From contig JBMFPH010000002.1 of NCBI GenBank assembly GCA_049969215.1, positions 1 to 53,378 on the forward strand: a DNA stretch of 53,378 nucleotides, in the 5' to 3' direction. Shown here in pieces: positions 1 through 9,860 of this stretch; the stretch's first letter is position 1, and every line of letters begins with the position of its first letter. Below the pieces are notes generated by a model. That model had not been told where the DNA came from. It searched no databases and saw nothing but the letters and a program-made list of their open reading frames with translations. The position numbers and the translations under genes were made by a program. Source of the stretch: Anaerolineae bacterium (GTDB taxonomy: Bacteria > Chloroflexota > Anaerolineae > 4572-78 > NAK82).

Positions 1-981
1 GAGCGTGTGGTGATTGTGGGCAACGTGGCCATGCACCACTTGCTTGCCAAGCTCCCCGTGCACACATTGGCCATGATACCCTTCCAACCCTATGACAAGT
101 CGCCTATCCGGGATGCGCGGTCGCTGATGGGTGGCATCTTTCCGGAACACGTGCGTGTATCCCTGCCCCCGCTGATCGGTGGCTTCGTGGGTACGGACAC
201 ACTAGCCTGTCTGGCCTATTTTGGGTTCGACAACCCTCCCGGCCCTATCGCCGCAATCGACTTGGGCACGAACGGCGAAGTGATGGTCACCGATGGCCAG
301 CGCATCCTCACCGCCTCGACTGCCGCCGGGCCTGCCTTCGAGGGGGTGAACATATCGTGTGGCACCCGTGCTGTGGAGGGCGCGATTATCGGGGTACGCT
401 TGGTGGACGGCGGGTTGGTTTATGACACCATCGGGGATGCAGAACCTGTAGGACTGACCGGCTCTGGATTGCTGAGCATGGTGTGGACGCTGCGCCAGGC
501 CGGGATTCTGCGTGAGGATGGACGCTTTGTAACCGATCCACCCGTGCTGGCCGATCGGATCATTCAGGATGGTAATGGTCGTCGCCTGATGCTCACGCCC
601 GATGGGCGTTTGAGCTTCACCCAGAAGGATGTACGTGAGCTGCAGAAAGCCAAGGGCGCGATGCGCGCCGCAATGGAGATCCTGTTAAAGCAGTTGCGGC
701 TGCATCCATCCGATCTGCAACGCGTTATCCTCACTGGCTCCTTTGGCGCCCAGCTGGATATCGAAGCGGTGTTAGGGGTGGGAATGTTGCCGCCGGTACG
801 CCGTGAGGTAGTGGAGACCATCCCGAATGGTGCCGGGTTGGGAGCTGCCATGTTCCTCTCCGACGAAGGCTTTGCCTGGTCTGAGCGCTTGGCGGCACGT
901 GCCGAGCAAATCAACCTGGATCAGGATGCCGACTTCATGCAGCAATACATCCAGGCGATGGCGTTGACGGCGGGGGGATGA
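1..981 (+). CDS. ASKHA-fold ATPase domain protein; C-terminal part of a DUF4445 / RACo-like corrinoid activation protein (5' end outside window)
   Basis: Frame-1 ORF is open to the window start (track gives 7..981). Actin-fold phosphate motif AAIDLGTNGEV and a later LTGSFG motif are typical of the ASKHA domain of DUF4445 proteins. Confidence 0.6.
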   Translation, partial: ERVVIVGNVAMHHLLAKLPVHTLAMIPFQPYDKSPIRDARSLMGGIFPEHVRVSLPPLIGGFVGTDTLACLAYFGFDNPPGPIAAIDLGTNGEVMVTDGQRILTASTAAGPAFEGVNISCGTRAVEGAIIGVRLVDGGLVYDTIGDAEPVGLTGSGLLSMVWTLRQAGILREDGRFVTDPPVLADRIIQDGNGRRLMLTPDGRLSFTQKDVRELQKAKGAMRAAMEILLKQLRLHPSDLQRVILTGSFGAQLDIEAVLGVGMLPPVRREVVETIPNGAGLGAAMFLSDEGFAWSERLAARAEQINLDQDADFMQQYIQAMALTAGG

Positions 982-1093
982 GCCTGGGGCATCAATCGAG
1001 GAAGTGGATTGGTCATTTTCCTCTCAGATGCTGAGATTCTCCACTCGAGAACCACAGAGCAAAGAACAATCCAAAAAATCAGGCAAATGGACC

Positions 1094-1122
1094 TTGACAA
1101 ACACCGTAGCCTATGTTATATT
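1094..1122 (+). promoter_or_regulatory. sigma70-type promoter for the LacI-family gene
   Basis: TTGACA (1094-1099), 17-nt spacer, TATATT (1117-1122), about 70 nt upstream of the ATG at 1192. Confidence 0.5.
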
Positions 1123-1127
1123 GTAGT

Positions 1128-1155
1128 TCGAAGCGCTTCGACTAACCGCTTCGAA
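1128..1155. promoter_or_regulatory. LacI-type operator: 14-bp perfect palindrome plus an extra half-site
   Basis: TCGAAGCGCTTCGA (1128-1141) is a perfect palindrome with a central CG, starting 6 nt after the -10. The half-site CGCTTCGAA recurs at 1147-1155. Confidence 0.5.
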
Positions 1156-1191
1156 TAGCTGCTGTGTACTTGAACCGCGAGGTCTGTTCTG

Positions 1192-2223
1192 ATGCCAACG
1201 ATGGCGGATGTAGCCAAGCGTGCCGGAGTAGCTGTAAGTACCGTTTCGTACGCACTGAGTGGTGCTCGTCCTGTCTCTGAGAGGACACGCCAGCGTATCA
1301 TGGAAGCTATCGCCGAGCTTGGTTACCATCCCAATATCCTCGCTCGCGGTTTGGCTAGCAAGCGCACCCGTATTATTGCCCTCCTGTTTCCATCTGTAGC
1401 TCGCGGTCTCTCACAGGTTCAGCTGGAATTCGTCAATGCCGCCGCCGAGATTGCCAGCCAACAAGGCTATGCCTTGCTCCTGTGGACATCACCTCACGAG
1501 GATGGCGAGATCCTGCGCCTGAGAAAAGAAGGGTTAATCGAAGGCCTGCTCCTGATGGAGGTCAAGCTCCACGATCCTCGTGTTGAAACATTGAAGAAGC
1601 TCGGTTATCCCTTTTGCATGATTGGCCACACTGAGCACAACGACGGAATAAGCTTCGTGGATTTCGACTTTGAGCGGGCAATCCAACTATGCACCCAGTA
1701 TCTCTATGAGCTGGGACATCGTAATATTGCCTATCTTGTCTATTCACCGGTGCCTGTTGAGCTCGGGTATGGACCAGCTGTGCGCTCGCTAAAGGGTGCA
1801 CACGCCGCCTGTGAAAAAATGGGATTGCCACTTATTGTGCATGTCTGCGAGCCAGATGCCCGCACGACCTACCATGCCACCCGGGAATTACTGGAAAAAC
1901 ATCCCTTATTGACGGCAGTGGTTTACACCTCTGACGTACAGTACGCGGGAATAATGCAAGCCATTCGTGAACGCAGATTACGGGTTCCGGAGGATTTCTC
2001 CATTGTTTGCATTGTGTCATCCCGATTTGCCGAGATGATGACGCCGCCGATAACCGCTGTCGATCTCCCGGCTACCGAGATGGGACGCATTGGAACCAAT
2101 TTACTAATCCGTTGCCTGGAAGGAGATGAGAAACAACCGACCCAGCTCATCCTGCCACCCCGACTGATCGTGCGACAAAGTACCTCTATTCCTCGGCAGT
2201 GCTGGGTAATACCCAGCGGATAG
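1192..2223 (+). CDS. LacI family transcriptional regulator
   Basis: N-terminal HTH MADVAKRAGVAVSTVSYALSG...YHPNILARGLA, followed by a periplasmic-binding-protein-like sugar-binding core. Confidence 0.9.
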   Translation: MPTMADVAKRAGVAVSTVSYALSGARPVSERTRQRIMEAIAELGYHPNILARGLASKRTRIIALLFPSVARGLSQVQLEFVNAAAEIASQQGYALLLWTSPHEDGEILRLRKEGLIEGLLLMEVKLHDPRVETLKKLGYPFCMIGHTEHNDGISFVDFDFERAIQLCTQYLYELGHRNIAYLVYSPVPVELGYGPAVRSLKGAHAACEKMGLPLIVHVCEPDARTTYHATRELLEKHPLLTAVVYTSDVQYAGIMQAIRERRLRVPEDFSIVCIVSSRFAEMMTPPITAVDLPATEMGRIGTNLLIRCLEGDEKQPTQLILPPRLIVRQSTSIPRQCWVIPSG

Positions 2224-2237
2224 GTATTCGGACAAGT

Positions 2238-2273
2238 TTCTATGAGAGGAGGTGATCACCAACGTTCATAGAA
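2238..2273. promoter_or_regulatory. 36-bp composite palindrome between lacI and the binding-protein gene
   Basis: TTCTATGA (2238-2245) and TCATAGAA (2266-2273) flank a central perfect palindrome GGTGATCACC (2251-2260). All share one symmetry centre at 2255/2256. Confidence 0.35.
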
Positions 2274-2350
2274 TGACTGGCTAACCAGGGTATCAGCAAG
2301 AGCGGACCAATAAGGAAAAGATGCCATTCTGACCAAAGGAGGAAGGGAAA

Positions 2351-3352
2351 ATGTCCAAGCGAATCATGTTGACAGTGGTGATCTTGGCAATGATGCTGGT
2401 TTGGACCGCACCGGCAATGGCGCAGGAACCATCCGAGTTTCCACCCGGAAAGTGGTGCCAGGGCATGACAATCCGTTTCTTTGCCGGCGGCGAGGCAGGG
2501 GACGCTTTTGCCTCGATCGTGTATAAAGGAGCACTAGCTGCTGAGGCGGATTTGGGCCCCAAAGTAGAATATGTCTTCTCTGGCTGGGATGTGCAAAAGA
2601 TGGTCAACCAGCTGCGAGAGGCGATCGTGGCCAAGCCGGACGGTATTTCTATGATGGGACACCCCGGTGATGATGCGATCATGCCGTTGGCCGAGCAAGC
2701 TGCCAAAGCCGGCATCCTCATGATGTATTCGAATGTGGATGTGCCTCAAGTGCGCGCCAAGTATGGTGGTGGCTATGTGGGAGCTAATCTCACCCCACAA
2801 GGGTACGCCTTGGGAGCCGAAGCTGTCAAGATGTTTAACCTCAAGGCAGGCGACTATGCTATTGTTTTTGGCGCGTGGGGGCAGCCTGGTCGTTATTTCC
2901 GCGAAGAGGGCACTGCCAAAGCCTTTGAAGATGCTGGCCTGACCGTGGAGCGCATTGTATCGCCTCCTGAATGGGCAACCGCTCCAACCCAGGCGATACC
3001 GACGCTCTCGGCTGCTGTGCTAGCACACCCCGAAGTGAAAGTTATCGTATGGCCAGGTGGCCAGCTGCTGGGAGCAGTACCTGTGTTTATGGAAGCCCTG
3101 AAGAAGCAGCCAGGCGAGATTATCAACATTGGCTTTGACACAAGTCCGGCCGTCATTGATGCCTTCGCCAAAGGCTACGTCCAGCTCACCTCCGATCAAC
3201 AACCGTTCCTGCAGGGCTATATCCCCATCCTCAGCCTGTGCCTGAGTTGGAAGCTGGGCTTGGCTCCCATGAACCTCGATACCGGTGCAGGCTTCGTGAC
3301 CGCCGAGAACTACCAGACCGTGGCCGATTGGGCTAACAAGGGCTATCGCTAG
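2351..3352 (+). CDS. sugar ABC transporter substrate-binding protein (RbsB/FrcB-like)
   Basis: Signal peptide MSKRIMLTVVILAMMLVWTAPAMAQ, type I periplasmic binding fold, RBS AAGGAGGAAGG upstream, followed by ATPase and permease genes. Confidence 0.85.
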   Translation: MSKRIMLTVVILAMMLVWTAPAMAQEPSEFPPGKWCQGMTIRFFAGGEAGDAFASIVYKGALAAEADLGPKVEYVFSGWDVQKMVNQLREAIVAKPDGISMMGHPGDDAIMPLAEQAAKAGILMMYSNVDVPQVRAKYGGGYVGANLTPQGYALGAEAVKMFNLKAGDYAIVFGAWGQPGRYFREEGTAKAFEDAGLTVERIVSPPEWATAPTQAIPTLSAAVLAHPEVKVIVWPGGQLLGAVPVFMEALKKQPGEIINIGFDTSPAVIDAFAKGYVQLTSDQQPFLQGYIPILSLCLSWKLGLAPMNLDTGAGFVTAENYQTVADWANKGYR

Positions 3353-3465
3353 ACCAGAATGATAGCGCGACACTCACCACAGTGGGCAGAAAAGGTTGGG
3401 GGGAGATGTTCACCCCCCAACCACCTCAGTGGAAGAGAAAGAGCTTGTGCTTTGAGAGGGATTCT

Positions 3466-4227
3466 ATGGGAGATTATATTGTAGAGCTGCGCAACATTTC
3501 GAAGTCATTCGGTAAAACGCGCGCACTCACCGATGTTAACTTTTATGTCGGAAAGGCAGAGATCGTCGGGTTGATCGGCGACAATGGTGCCGGTAAGTCG
3601 ACCTTGATTAAGATCATCTCCGGTGTGCTCGCTCCAGATAGTGGTGAGATTTATGTCCACGGCAAAAAGGTCGAGCACTGGTCGGTATCAGCAGCGCGCC
3701 GTGCTGGCATCGAGACCGTATATCAGGACAAGGCTCTCGCCGAACAACAGACCATTGCGCGCAATATCTTTATGGGTCGTGAACTGACTGGGTTCCTGGG
3801 TTTCATCCGGGGCCGAGATGCCTATAACGAAGCGAATCGCTTGATGCGCGATATTGGGTTCACTTCCAAGGTGTTCTCCCCCGACTTAATAGTGGCTACC
3901 CTCTCAGGCGGTGAGAAGCAAGGGGTAGCGATTGCCCGGGCGCTCTATTTTGACGCTACTTTGATCATCCTGGACGAACCTACTACGGCTCTCTCCTTAA
4001 CTGAGTCCGAGAAAGTGTTTGGATTTGTGCGTCAAATAAAGCAACAAGGATGCTCCGCAATATTCATCAGCCACAATATCTACCATACGTACGATGTCGC
4101 CGACCGGTTCGTAATACTGGATCGCGGCAGGGTTGTTATGTCAGCAGAGAAGCGCGAGATACCCTCAGCTGATTGCCTGGTCAAAGATTTGCAGGACATC
4201 GCGCGTTCCGGTAGGCCTATCAGGTAA
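3466..4227 (+). CDS. sugar ABC transporter ATP-binding protein (single NBD, FrcA-like)
   Basis: Walker A GDNGAGKST, signature LSGGEKQ, Walker B LIILDEPT. Start moved from the track's 3382 to ATG 3466, which is preceded by GAGAGGG. Confidence 0.85.
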   Translation: MGDYIVELRNISKSFGKTRALTDVNFYVGKAEIVGLIGDNGAGKSTLIKIISGVLAPDSGEIYVHGKKVEHWSVSAARRAGIETVYQDKALAEQQTIARNIFMGRELTGFLGFIRGRDAYNEANRLMRDIGFTSKVFSPDLIVATLSGGEKQGVAIARALYFDATLIILDEPTTALSLTESEKVFGFVRQIKQQGCSAIFISHNIYHTYDVADRFVILDRGRVVMSAEKREIPSADCLVKDLQDIARSGRPIR

Positions 4228-4287
4228 GATGTGTTGATTGAGACAAGGGTACATCCATCACTACTCTGACCGCGGAGAGAAAAGACT

Positions 4288-5247
4288 ATGTTGAGCAAGT
4301 TTGTCGATCGCAACCGTCGGCCCATCAGTGCGCTTGCGGTTCTGGCTGTGCTGCTGATCGCTTTCACCATTGCAAACCCTAAAGTGTTTCTAAATGCCCA
4401 ACTCTATACCGCCGTTTTCACCTCCTTGCCTCTTTCGATCGTCTTGGCTGTGCCTCTTGTGTTCGTGATCGCGGCAGGAGAAATTGATCTGGCCTTTCCC
4501 TCTGTTGTTGGTCTAGCTGCATGGGCATGTGCTCTGGTGATTCAGGCAGGGGGGAACCATGCTTTGGCAGCTCTGGCAGCTCTGCTCGTCGGCGCGCTGG
4601 CAGGTCTGCTTAATGGGCTATTAGTAACCCGTGCCAAGCTCTCCTCATTGGTGTCGACCTTGGGGATGAATTTCTTCCTACGCGGGCTCATTAACCTGGG
4701 GACACGAGGCGAGGGCATCCCGCTCACCGCCCAACTTAGTGATGCCCCTTTTCGCTTCATCTTTGCAGGTGAGCTGGGACCAATCCCGGCCCAAATGTTC
4801 TGGGCAATTGCCTTTGCAGTAATTGGCATACTGCTCTTCAACTACCACAAATTTGGCGCTCAGGTGTGCTGTGTCGGAGATAATCAGGAAAGTGCCCGCG
4901 AGATGGGTATCTCTGTCGAGGGAGTTCGAACACTGACTTACATCTACGTTGGACTGGCGGCAGGCTTAGTGGGAATTCTCTCGAATGCGTTGAACCTGAT
5001 CTTCTGGCCCAACACTGGCGACGGGTTTCTGCTCAGCACATTGGCAGCCGTGTTTGTGGGAGGCACCCCCACGTGGGGTGGCGTGGGCACGGTCACCGGA
5101 GCAGTCATCGGCACGTTTACTGTGGGATTTGTCACCACGGGGATTATTGCCGCTGGGTTGACCGGTTTCTGGACCCAGTTCTTCTATGGCCTGGTGATTA
5201 TCCTGTCTCTCTTGGGACATCGTTTCAATCAACCTAGATATCGGTAG
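4288..5247 (+). CDS. sugar ABC transporter permease (RbsC/AraH family)
   Basis: 319 aa with multiple hydrophobic helices, typical of ribose-type permeases, and operon context. Confidence 0.85.
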   Translation: MLSKFVDRNRRPISALAVLAVLLIAFTIANPKVFLNAQLYTAVFTSLPLSIVLAVPLVFVIAAGEIDLAFPSVVGLAAWACALVIQAGGNHALAALAALLVGALAGLLNGLLVTRAKLSSLVSTLGMNFFLRGLINLGTRGEGIPLTAQLSDAPFRFIFAGELGPIPAQMFWAIAFAVIGILLFNYHKFGAQVCCVGDNQESAREMGISVEGVRTLTYIYVGLAAGLVGILSNALNLIFWPNTGDGFLLSTLAAVFVGGTPTWGGVGTVTGAVIGTFTVGFVTTGIIAAGLTGFWTQFFYGLVIILSLLGHRFNQPRYR

Positions 5248-5303
5248 CAAATGACACTCTGCGTCCAGCAAATCACAAACCATCCTCGTGAGAATGGATT
5301 GAT

Positions 5304-6506
5304 ATGACTTCCCGCGAATTGATCACGCGATTATTCAGTGGAAACTCGTTCGACCGTGTGGGGGTGTTTGAGCATTTTTGGGTCGATACGTTGCAGGTTT
5401 GGCTTGGCCAAGGATATCCATTCGTCACATCTGATGGACCGGCAGAAGCTACGAATGAGGAGAGCTACGCTGTAAAAATCTCTCATGTCGTGCCGTCAGA
5501 ATTGTGTGAGAGAGCTGCCCCTGCCCCGGTAAGCCCCTATCATCACTTCGAATTCGATATGCACCCTTGTGGAGGAGGCTTCGATCTGGAACCCATCCGC
5601 GGCTATGAAGAAGTACTGGAAGAAACGGACGAGTGGGTTATCAAGCGCAATGGTGCTGGGGCAGTGTTCAGATACTGGAAGCACAAATCGGGCACCCCGG
5701 AACATATCGACTTTCGAATGACCAGCCGCGAAATCTGGGAGAGAGACTATCGTCCGCATCTGCTTATGGTCGATCGCGAGCGTCTCAAAGGCGGTGCCTT
5801 TAAGAACAGCACTCTGAGCGAGGATCGCGCTGAGCTGCAATATGCACGCACTACCGGTAAGTGGGCTCATTTCGCCCACATTGGCCTCTGGGAGGTGATG
5901 CGTGGTAGCCTAGGTGACCTATGTATGTATGAGAGCCTGCTCACTGATCCAGGCTGGATACACGACTTTAACCGCGTTTACACTGACTTTTTCAAAGCTC
6001 ATTTTGAAGTATTGTTTGAGGAGTTGGGCTTGCCGGATGGCATTTGGTTATACGATGACATCGCCTATCGCAACGGCTTGTTTGCCTCGCCGCGCACATT
6101 ACACGAACTCTTTCTGCCTTACTATGCTGAGCTCACGGATTTCTTTCATTCCCGCGGTCTTCCAGTGATCTTGCATTCATGCGGGAATGTCACTCAAGCA
6201 TTGCCACTCATCATTGAAGCCGGTTTCGATGGCCTGCACCCCATGGAGATCAAGGCAGGTTGTAATCCCTTCCGCTTCGCCGAACAATATCACGACCGCT
6301 TGGTTCTCATCGGAGGGCTGGACGTGCGCATGCTGGAGACAAATGACCGGCAAACAATTGTACGCGGTGTATCAGACTTGATCGAAGGAATGAAAGCTCG
6401 AGGAGCACGGTATATTTTTGCTACCGATCATTCGGTGACGCCTCTGGTGCATTATGACAGCTATAGACTCGCACTAGATGTATACCGACAGCACATGATG
6501 TATTGA
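5304..6506 (+). CDS. uroporphyrinogen decarboxylase (URO-D) family protein, MtaA/CmuA-like fold
   Basis: C-terminal half carries the URO-D family block VILHSCGNV...[12 protein letters not shown]...[10 protein letters not shown]...FATDHS. Paralogous to the CDS at 50947..51960. Confidence 0.7.
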   Translation: MTSRELITRLFSGNSFDRVGVFEHFWVDTLQVWLGQGYPFVTSDGPAEATNEESYAVKISHVVPSELCERAAPAPVSPYHHFEFDMHPCGGGFDLEPIRGYEEVLEETDEWVIKRNGAGAVFRYWKHKSGTPEHIDFRMTSREIWERDYRPHLLMVDRERLKGGAFKNSTLSEDRAELQYARTTGKWAHFAHIGLWEVMRGSLGDLCMYESLLTDPGWIHDFNRVYTDFFKAHFEVLFEELGLPDGIWLYDDIAYRNGLFASPRTLHELFLPYYAELTDFFHSRGLPVILHSCGNVTQALPLIIEAGFDGLHPMEIKAGCNPFRFAEQYHDRLVLIGGLDVRMLETNDRQTIVRGVSDLIEGMKARGARYIFATDHSVTPLVHYDSYRLALDVYRQHMMY

Positions 6507-6574
6507 AGCGTATCCACACTTTTGACCTAAGCAGTGCAACAGGCAAGTTCATCTCAGTGCTCGGAGGTATCAAT

Positions 6575-7573
6575 ATGGAAATCCGAAATCTTGGTAATAC
6601 AGGGCTTCGAGTGTCCGAGCTCTGTCTCGGTACTATGACGTTCGCGCGAGAGACCAACGAAGAGATTTCGTTGCGCATGATCGACCGTTTCGTCGAGGCA
6701 GGGGGGAACTTCATTGACACAGCTGATGTGTATACTGCGGGCCGCGCAGAAGAAATCGTGGGCAAAGCACTAAAGGGGCGTCGCCACGACTTCATCATCG
6801 CCACTAAGGTGCGCTTTCGTATGGGGCCCGGTCCTAACGATGTGGGGCTTTCTCGTAAGCACATCATAGAGGGTTGCGAGGCAAGCTTGCGTCGCCTGCA
6901 GACCGACTACATCGATCTCTATCAGGCACATTGCTGGGATCCATACACCCCCCTGGAAGAGACGCTCGCCGCCTTCGACGATCTCGTGCATGCCGGCAAG
7001 GTGCGCTATACAGGCGTTTCGAATTTCACCGGATGGCAGCTGATGAAAGCGCTTTGGCTAAGCGACAAACATAGCTGGGCACGCTTTGTTTGCCTCCAGC
7101 CGCGCTATAATCTGGTGGACCGCCAGGCGGAACGAGAACTATTGCCGATCTGCCGAGAAGAGGGTTTGGGCGTGATACCGTGGAGCCCGCTGGGTGGCGG
7201 TTTTCTTTCTGGAAAGTACGAGCGTGACAAACCAATACCTCAAGATGCTCGGATTGCCAGTGCGCAGCCCCATTGGCCTGAGGCGATGGAACGGCAGGGG
7301 ACTGAACGTGCCTGGCGCACGCTGGAGGTTGTACGACAAATTGCGAAGCAGCGTGGCAAAAGTCCCTCTCAGGTCGCGTTGGCATGGTTATTAGCCCAAC
7401 CGGACATCACAGCACCCATTCTGGGTGCGCGTACGTTGGAACAGCTAGAGGACAACCTCGGATGTGTTGGCTGGAAGCTGACGGAAGAGGAACTAAAACA
7501 GCTCGATCAGGTTAGTGCACTTGAAGACGCATATCCCTACCATTTTATCCAATCCTTTGCCTATGATCGCTGA
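6575..7573 (+). CDS. aldo/keto reductase
   Basis: [23 protein letters not shown]... is a typical AKR N-terminus. Start moved from 6503 to ATG 6575, preceded by GGAGG (6563-6567). Confidence 0.85.
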   Translation: MEIRNLGNTGLRVSELCLGTMTFARETNEEISLRMIDRFVEAGGNFIDTADVYTAGRAEEIVGKALKGRRHDFIIATKVRFRMGPGPNDVGLSRKHIIEGCEASLRRLQTDYIDLYQAHCWDPYTPLEETLAAFDDLVHAGKVRYTGVSNFTGWQLMKALWLSDKHSWARFVCLQPRYNLVDRQAERELLPICREEGLGVIPWSPLGGGFLSGKYERDKPIPQDARIASAQPHWPEAMERQGTERAWRTLEVVRQIAKQRGKSPSQVALAWLLAQPDITAPILGARTLEQLEDNLGCVGWKLTEEELKQLDQVSALEDAYPYHFIQSFAYDR

Positions 7574-7590
7574 CAGGGAGGAAATTTAAG

Positions 7591-9588
7591 ATGCAAGGCT
7601 TTCGTCGAGAAGATAATGCGCTTATCTGGGAGCTCAATCACGAGATATTACGCATCGAGCCATGGGGGCAAGATAGCTTGCGGGTGCGTGCTACTATAAT
7701 GCCTGCCATTCGTGACGATTTACCTCATGCGCTATTAGAGCCAACGCCCACGCAAGCGGAAATACATATCACAGAACAGCTAGCCACCATCCGTAACGGT
7801 GCCATTCGAGCCGAAGTGTCTCCCACCGGTAAGATCCGCTTCGTCAACGCACTTACTGGTGCTGAGTTGCTGCAGGAGGAAGAGCACCTGTTGCCTTTTG
7901 GATGGCCACCACCACGTTATTACCAGGCGTTGCCCGGGGGTGCCTTCCGCATTGAGGTGCGCTTCCTCGCCTACAATGATGAGCACTTCTATGGTCTCGG
8001 TCAGCAGCAACACGGTCGCCTTGACCACAAAGGATGTGTTATCGAGCTCGCTCATCGTAACACTCAAGCAACTATACCGTGGATCATATCCAGTCGCGGG
8101 TATGGCTTCCTGTGGAACAACCCATCGGTTGGTCGTGTGCAGCTGGGTTATGACCGAACTATGTGGGTCGCCGAGGCAGCTCGTCAGATAGATTATTGGA
8201 TCACGGTGGGCAATACACCAGCGGAGATCCTGGAGCACTACGTAGATGCCACAGGTCACACGCCCTCTTTTCCAGAATGGGCGGCCGGTTTCTGGCAGTG
8301 CAAACTGCGATATGCCAGCCAAGATGAGCTCCTAGCTGTAGCGCGTGAGCATAAACGACGTGGTTTGCCTATCTCGGTCATCGTCATAGACTTCTTCCAC
8401 TGGACCGTCCAGGGCGAGTGGAAGTTTGATCCTGAGAAGTGGCCTGATCCAGCCGGGATGGTACGCGAGCTGGAGGAGATGGGCATTAAGGTGATGGTTT
8501 CCATCTGGCCGACCGTCAACCCACTAAGTGAGAATTGGGAAGAAATGCGTCGTCGGGGGCTTCTGGTGCGCCAGGAGAGCGGTATTCCAGTACAAATGCA
8601 ATTCGTGGATAACAAACCCGAGGGGCCCATCTTCCTGCAATTCTTCGACGCCACGCACCCCGAAGCGCGGCAATTTGTTTGGGAACGAGTGCGAGAGAAC
8701 TATTATCGCCATGGCATCCATATATTTTGGCTCGACGAGGCCGAGCCGGATATGTGGCCGATGCATCCGCATAATTTGCGCTACCATTTGGGCAACGGGT
8801 TAGAAGTGACCAATCTTTATCCATTGTTGTATGCACGAGGTTTCTATGAGGGGATGCGTGCCGAGGGGCAGCAGGAGATTCTTAACCTTTGTCGTTGTGC
8901 CTGGGCAGGCAGCCAGCGCTATGGTGCTGCGGTTTGGTCGGGGGATATCTATTCGACTTTCGAGGCATTGCAAGCCCAAATACCTGCAGGGTTGAATATG
9001 GGGCTGAGTGGAATCCCTTGGTGGACGACCGACATCGGTGGCTTTTTCGGCGGTGATCCATCCACACCTTATTTTCGGGAATTGATCGTGCGCTGGTTCC
9101 AATATGGTGTCTTTTGTCCTTTGTTCCGTTTGCACGGTTACCGTGAACCGACCACTTGGTATCCTGTAATGCAAGGCGGTCCAAATGAAGTGTGGTCCTT
9201 CGGCGAGGAAGCTTACGCGATCATCAAAGAGCTCCTGTTTCTCCGTGAGCGGTTACGCCCCTATATTATGGCCCATATGCGTCTCGCCCAGACGAAGGGT
9301 ATGCCGTTGATGCGTCCGCTGCTCCTCGAGTTCCCTGAGGATCCCGAGTGCTGGAAAGTGGCAGATGCTTTTATGTTCGGTCCGGATCTGCTCGTCGCCC
9401 CAGTAGTACATCAGGGTGCACGCAGCCGCTCAGTTTATCTGCCGGCAGGAACAACTTGGGTTGATGTGTGGACAGAGAAAAAGCTGGATGGAGGTCAATG
9501 GCTCACTGCAAATGTCCCTCTGGAGCGAATTCCGCTCTTCTTGCGTGGTGATGCTCGACTTCCGATTAGGCAAGGACGAGCACAGTGA
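7591..9588 (+). CDS. glycoside hydrolase family 31 (alpha-xylosidase/alpha-glucosidase-like)
   Basis: 665 aa with GH31 blocks ISVIVIDFFHW, IKVMVSIWPTVNP, FWLDEAEPD (nucleophile region) and AVWSGDIYSTFEAL. RBS GGGAGG. Confidence 0.85.
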   Translation: MQGFRREDNALIWELNHEILRIEPWGQDSLRVRATIMPAIRDDLPHALLEPTPTQAEIHITEQLATIRNGAIRAEVSPTGKIRFVNALTGAELLQEEEHLLPFGWPPPRYYQALPGGAFRIEVRFLAYNDEHFYGLGQQQHGRLDHKGCVIELAHRNTQATIPWIISSRGYGFLWNNPSVGRVQLGYDRTMWVAEAARQIDYWITVGNTPAEILEHYVDATGHTPSFPEWAAGFWQCKLRYASQDELLAVAREHKRRGLPISVIVIDFFHWTVQGEWKFDPEKWPDPAGMVRELEEMGIKVMVSIWPTVNPLSENWEEMRRRGLLVRQESGIPVQMQFVDNKPEGPIFLQFFDATHPEARQFVWERVRENYYRHGIHIFWLDEAEPDMWPMHPHNLRYHLGNGLEVTNLYPLLYARGFYEGMRAEGQQEILNLCRCAWAGSQRYGAAVWSGDIYSTFEALQAQIPAGLNMGLSGIPWWTTDIGGFFGGDPSTPYFRELIVRWFQYGVFCPLFRLHGYREPTTWYPVMQGGPNEVWSFGEEAYAIIKELLFLRERLRPYIMAHMRLAQTKGMPLMRPLLLEFPEDPECWKVADAFMFGPDLLVAPVVHQGARSRSVYLPAGTTWVDVWTEKKLDGGQWLTANVPLERIPLFLRGDARLPIRQGRAQ

Positions 9589-9676
9589 TACACATCTGCG
9601 GAAACGTCGAAAAGGTCTCCCTGTGATCCGGTTTATTTCCTTCCGTCCTTCCAGGGCATGAGCTTCTTCGCACCGT

Positions 9677-9705
9677 TTGACAAACGTCCTGAAATATGTT
9701 ATACG
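9677..9705 (+). promoter_or_regulatory. candidate promoter of the arg leader/operon
   Basis: TTGACA (9677-9682), 17-nt spacer, TGtTATACG extended -10 (9697-9705). The -10 hexamer lacks the final T. Confidence 0.4.
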
Positions 9706-9712
9706 TAGCGCC

Positions 9713-9860
9713 GTATACGTATACAAGCAGCATCAGGTGTTTTCCAAATGCATGAAATGTGCGTGCGTTTGCCCAGGGCGATCAGGAGCCAGCCAGACTG
9801 CTGAGTCTGGACAGGCCGGCTTATGCTGGGCAACGGATGCCACGATTGATTGTGCACAAG
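9713..9860 (+). promoter_or_regulatory. structured leader (or small RNA) between promoter and terminator upstream of argC
   Basis: Palindrome GTATACGTATAC (9713-9724). Nested helices GCATC/GATGC (9730-34/9836-40), GCCCAG/CTGGGC (9771-76/9826-31), GCC/GGC (9788-90/9814-16) and CCAGACT-gctg-AGTCTGG (9793-9810). Confidence 0.35.

Noticed and set aside
3382-3465. N-terminal extensions in the ORF track (3382, 6503, 9906, 10844, 11545, 14820, 18585, 27177, 28831, 32994, 38487, 44636)
   Set aside because: The extensions overlap upstream genes or lack an SD. Internal ATG/GTG codons with good SD spacing coincide with the conserved family N-termini, so the shorter models were used.
7591-9588. Sulfoquinovose (sulfo-EMP-like) catabolism: GH31 as sulfoquinovosidase plus the PfkB kinase and class I aldolase at 51964..53378
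   Set aside because: The genes are 42 kb apart on opposite strands. No isomerase, sulfolactaldehyde reductase or exporter is present. I could not verify the sulfonate-binding signature residues in the GH31 by eye.
9713-9860. T-box leader, 6S RNA or SRP RNA upstream of argC
   Set aside because: No T-box consensus (AGGGUGGNACCGCG-like) and no specifier-loop architecture. The apical loop is GCUG, not the SRP GGAA. The 5'/3' end pairing expected for 6S is weak. Kept only as an unclassified leader/sRNA candidate.
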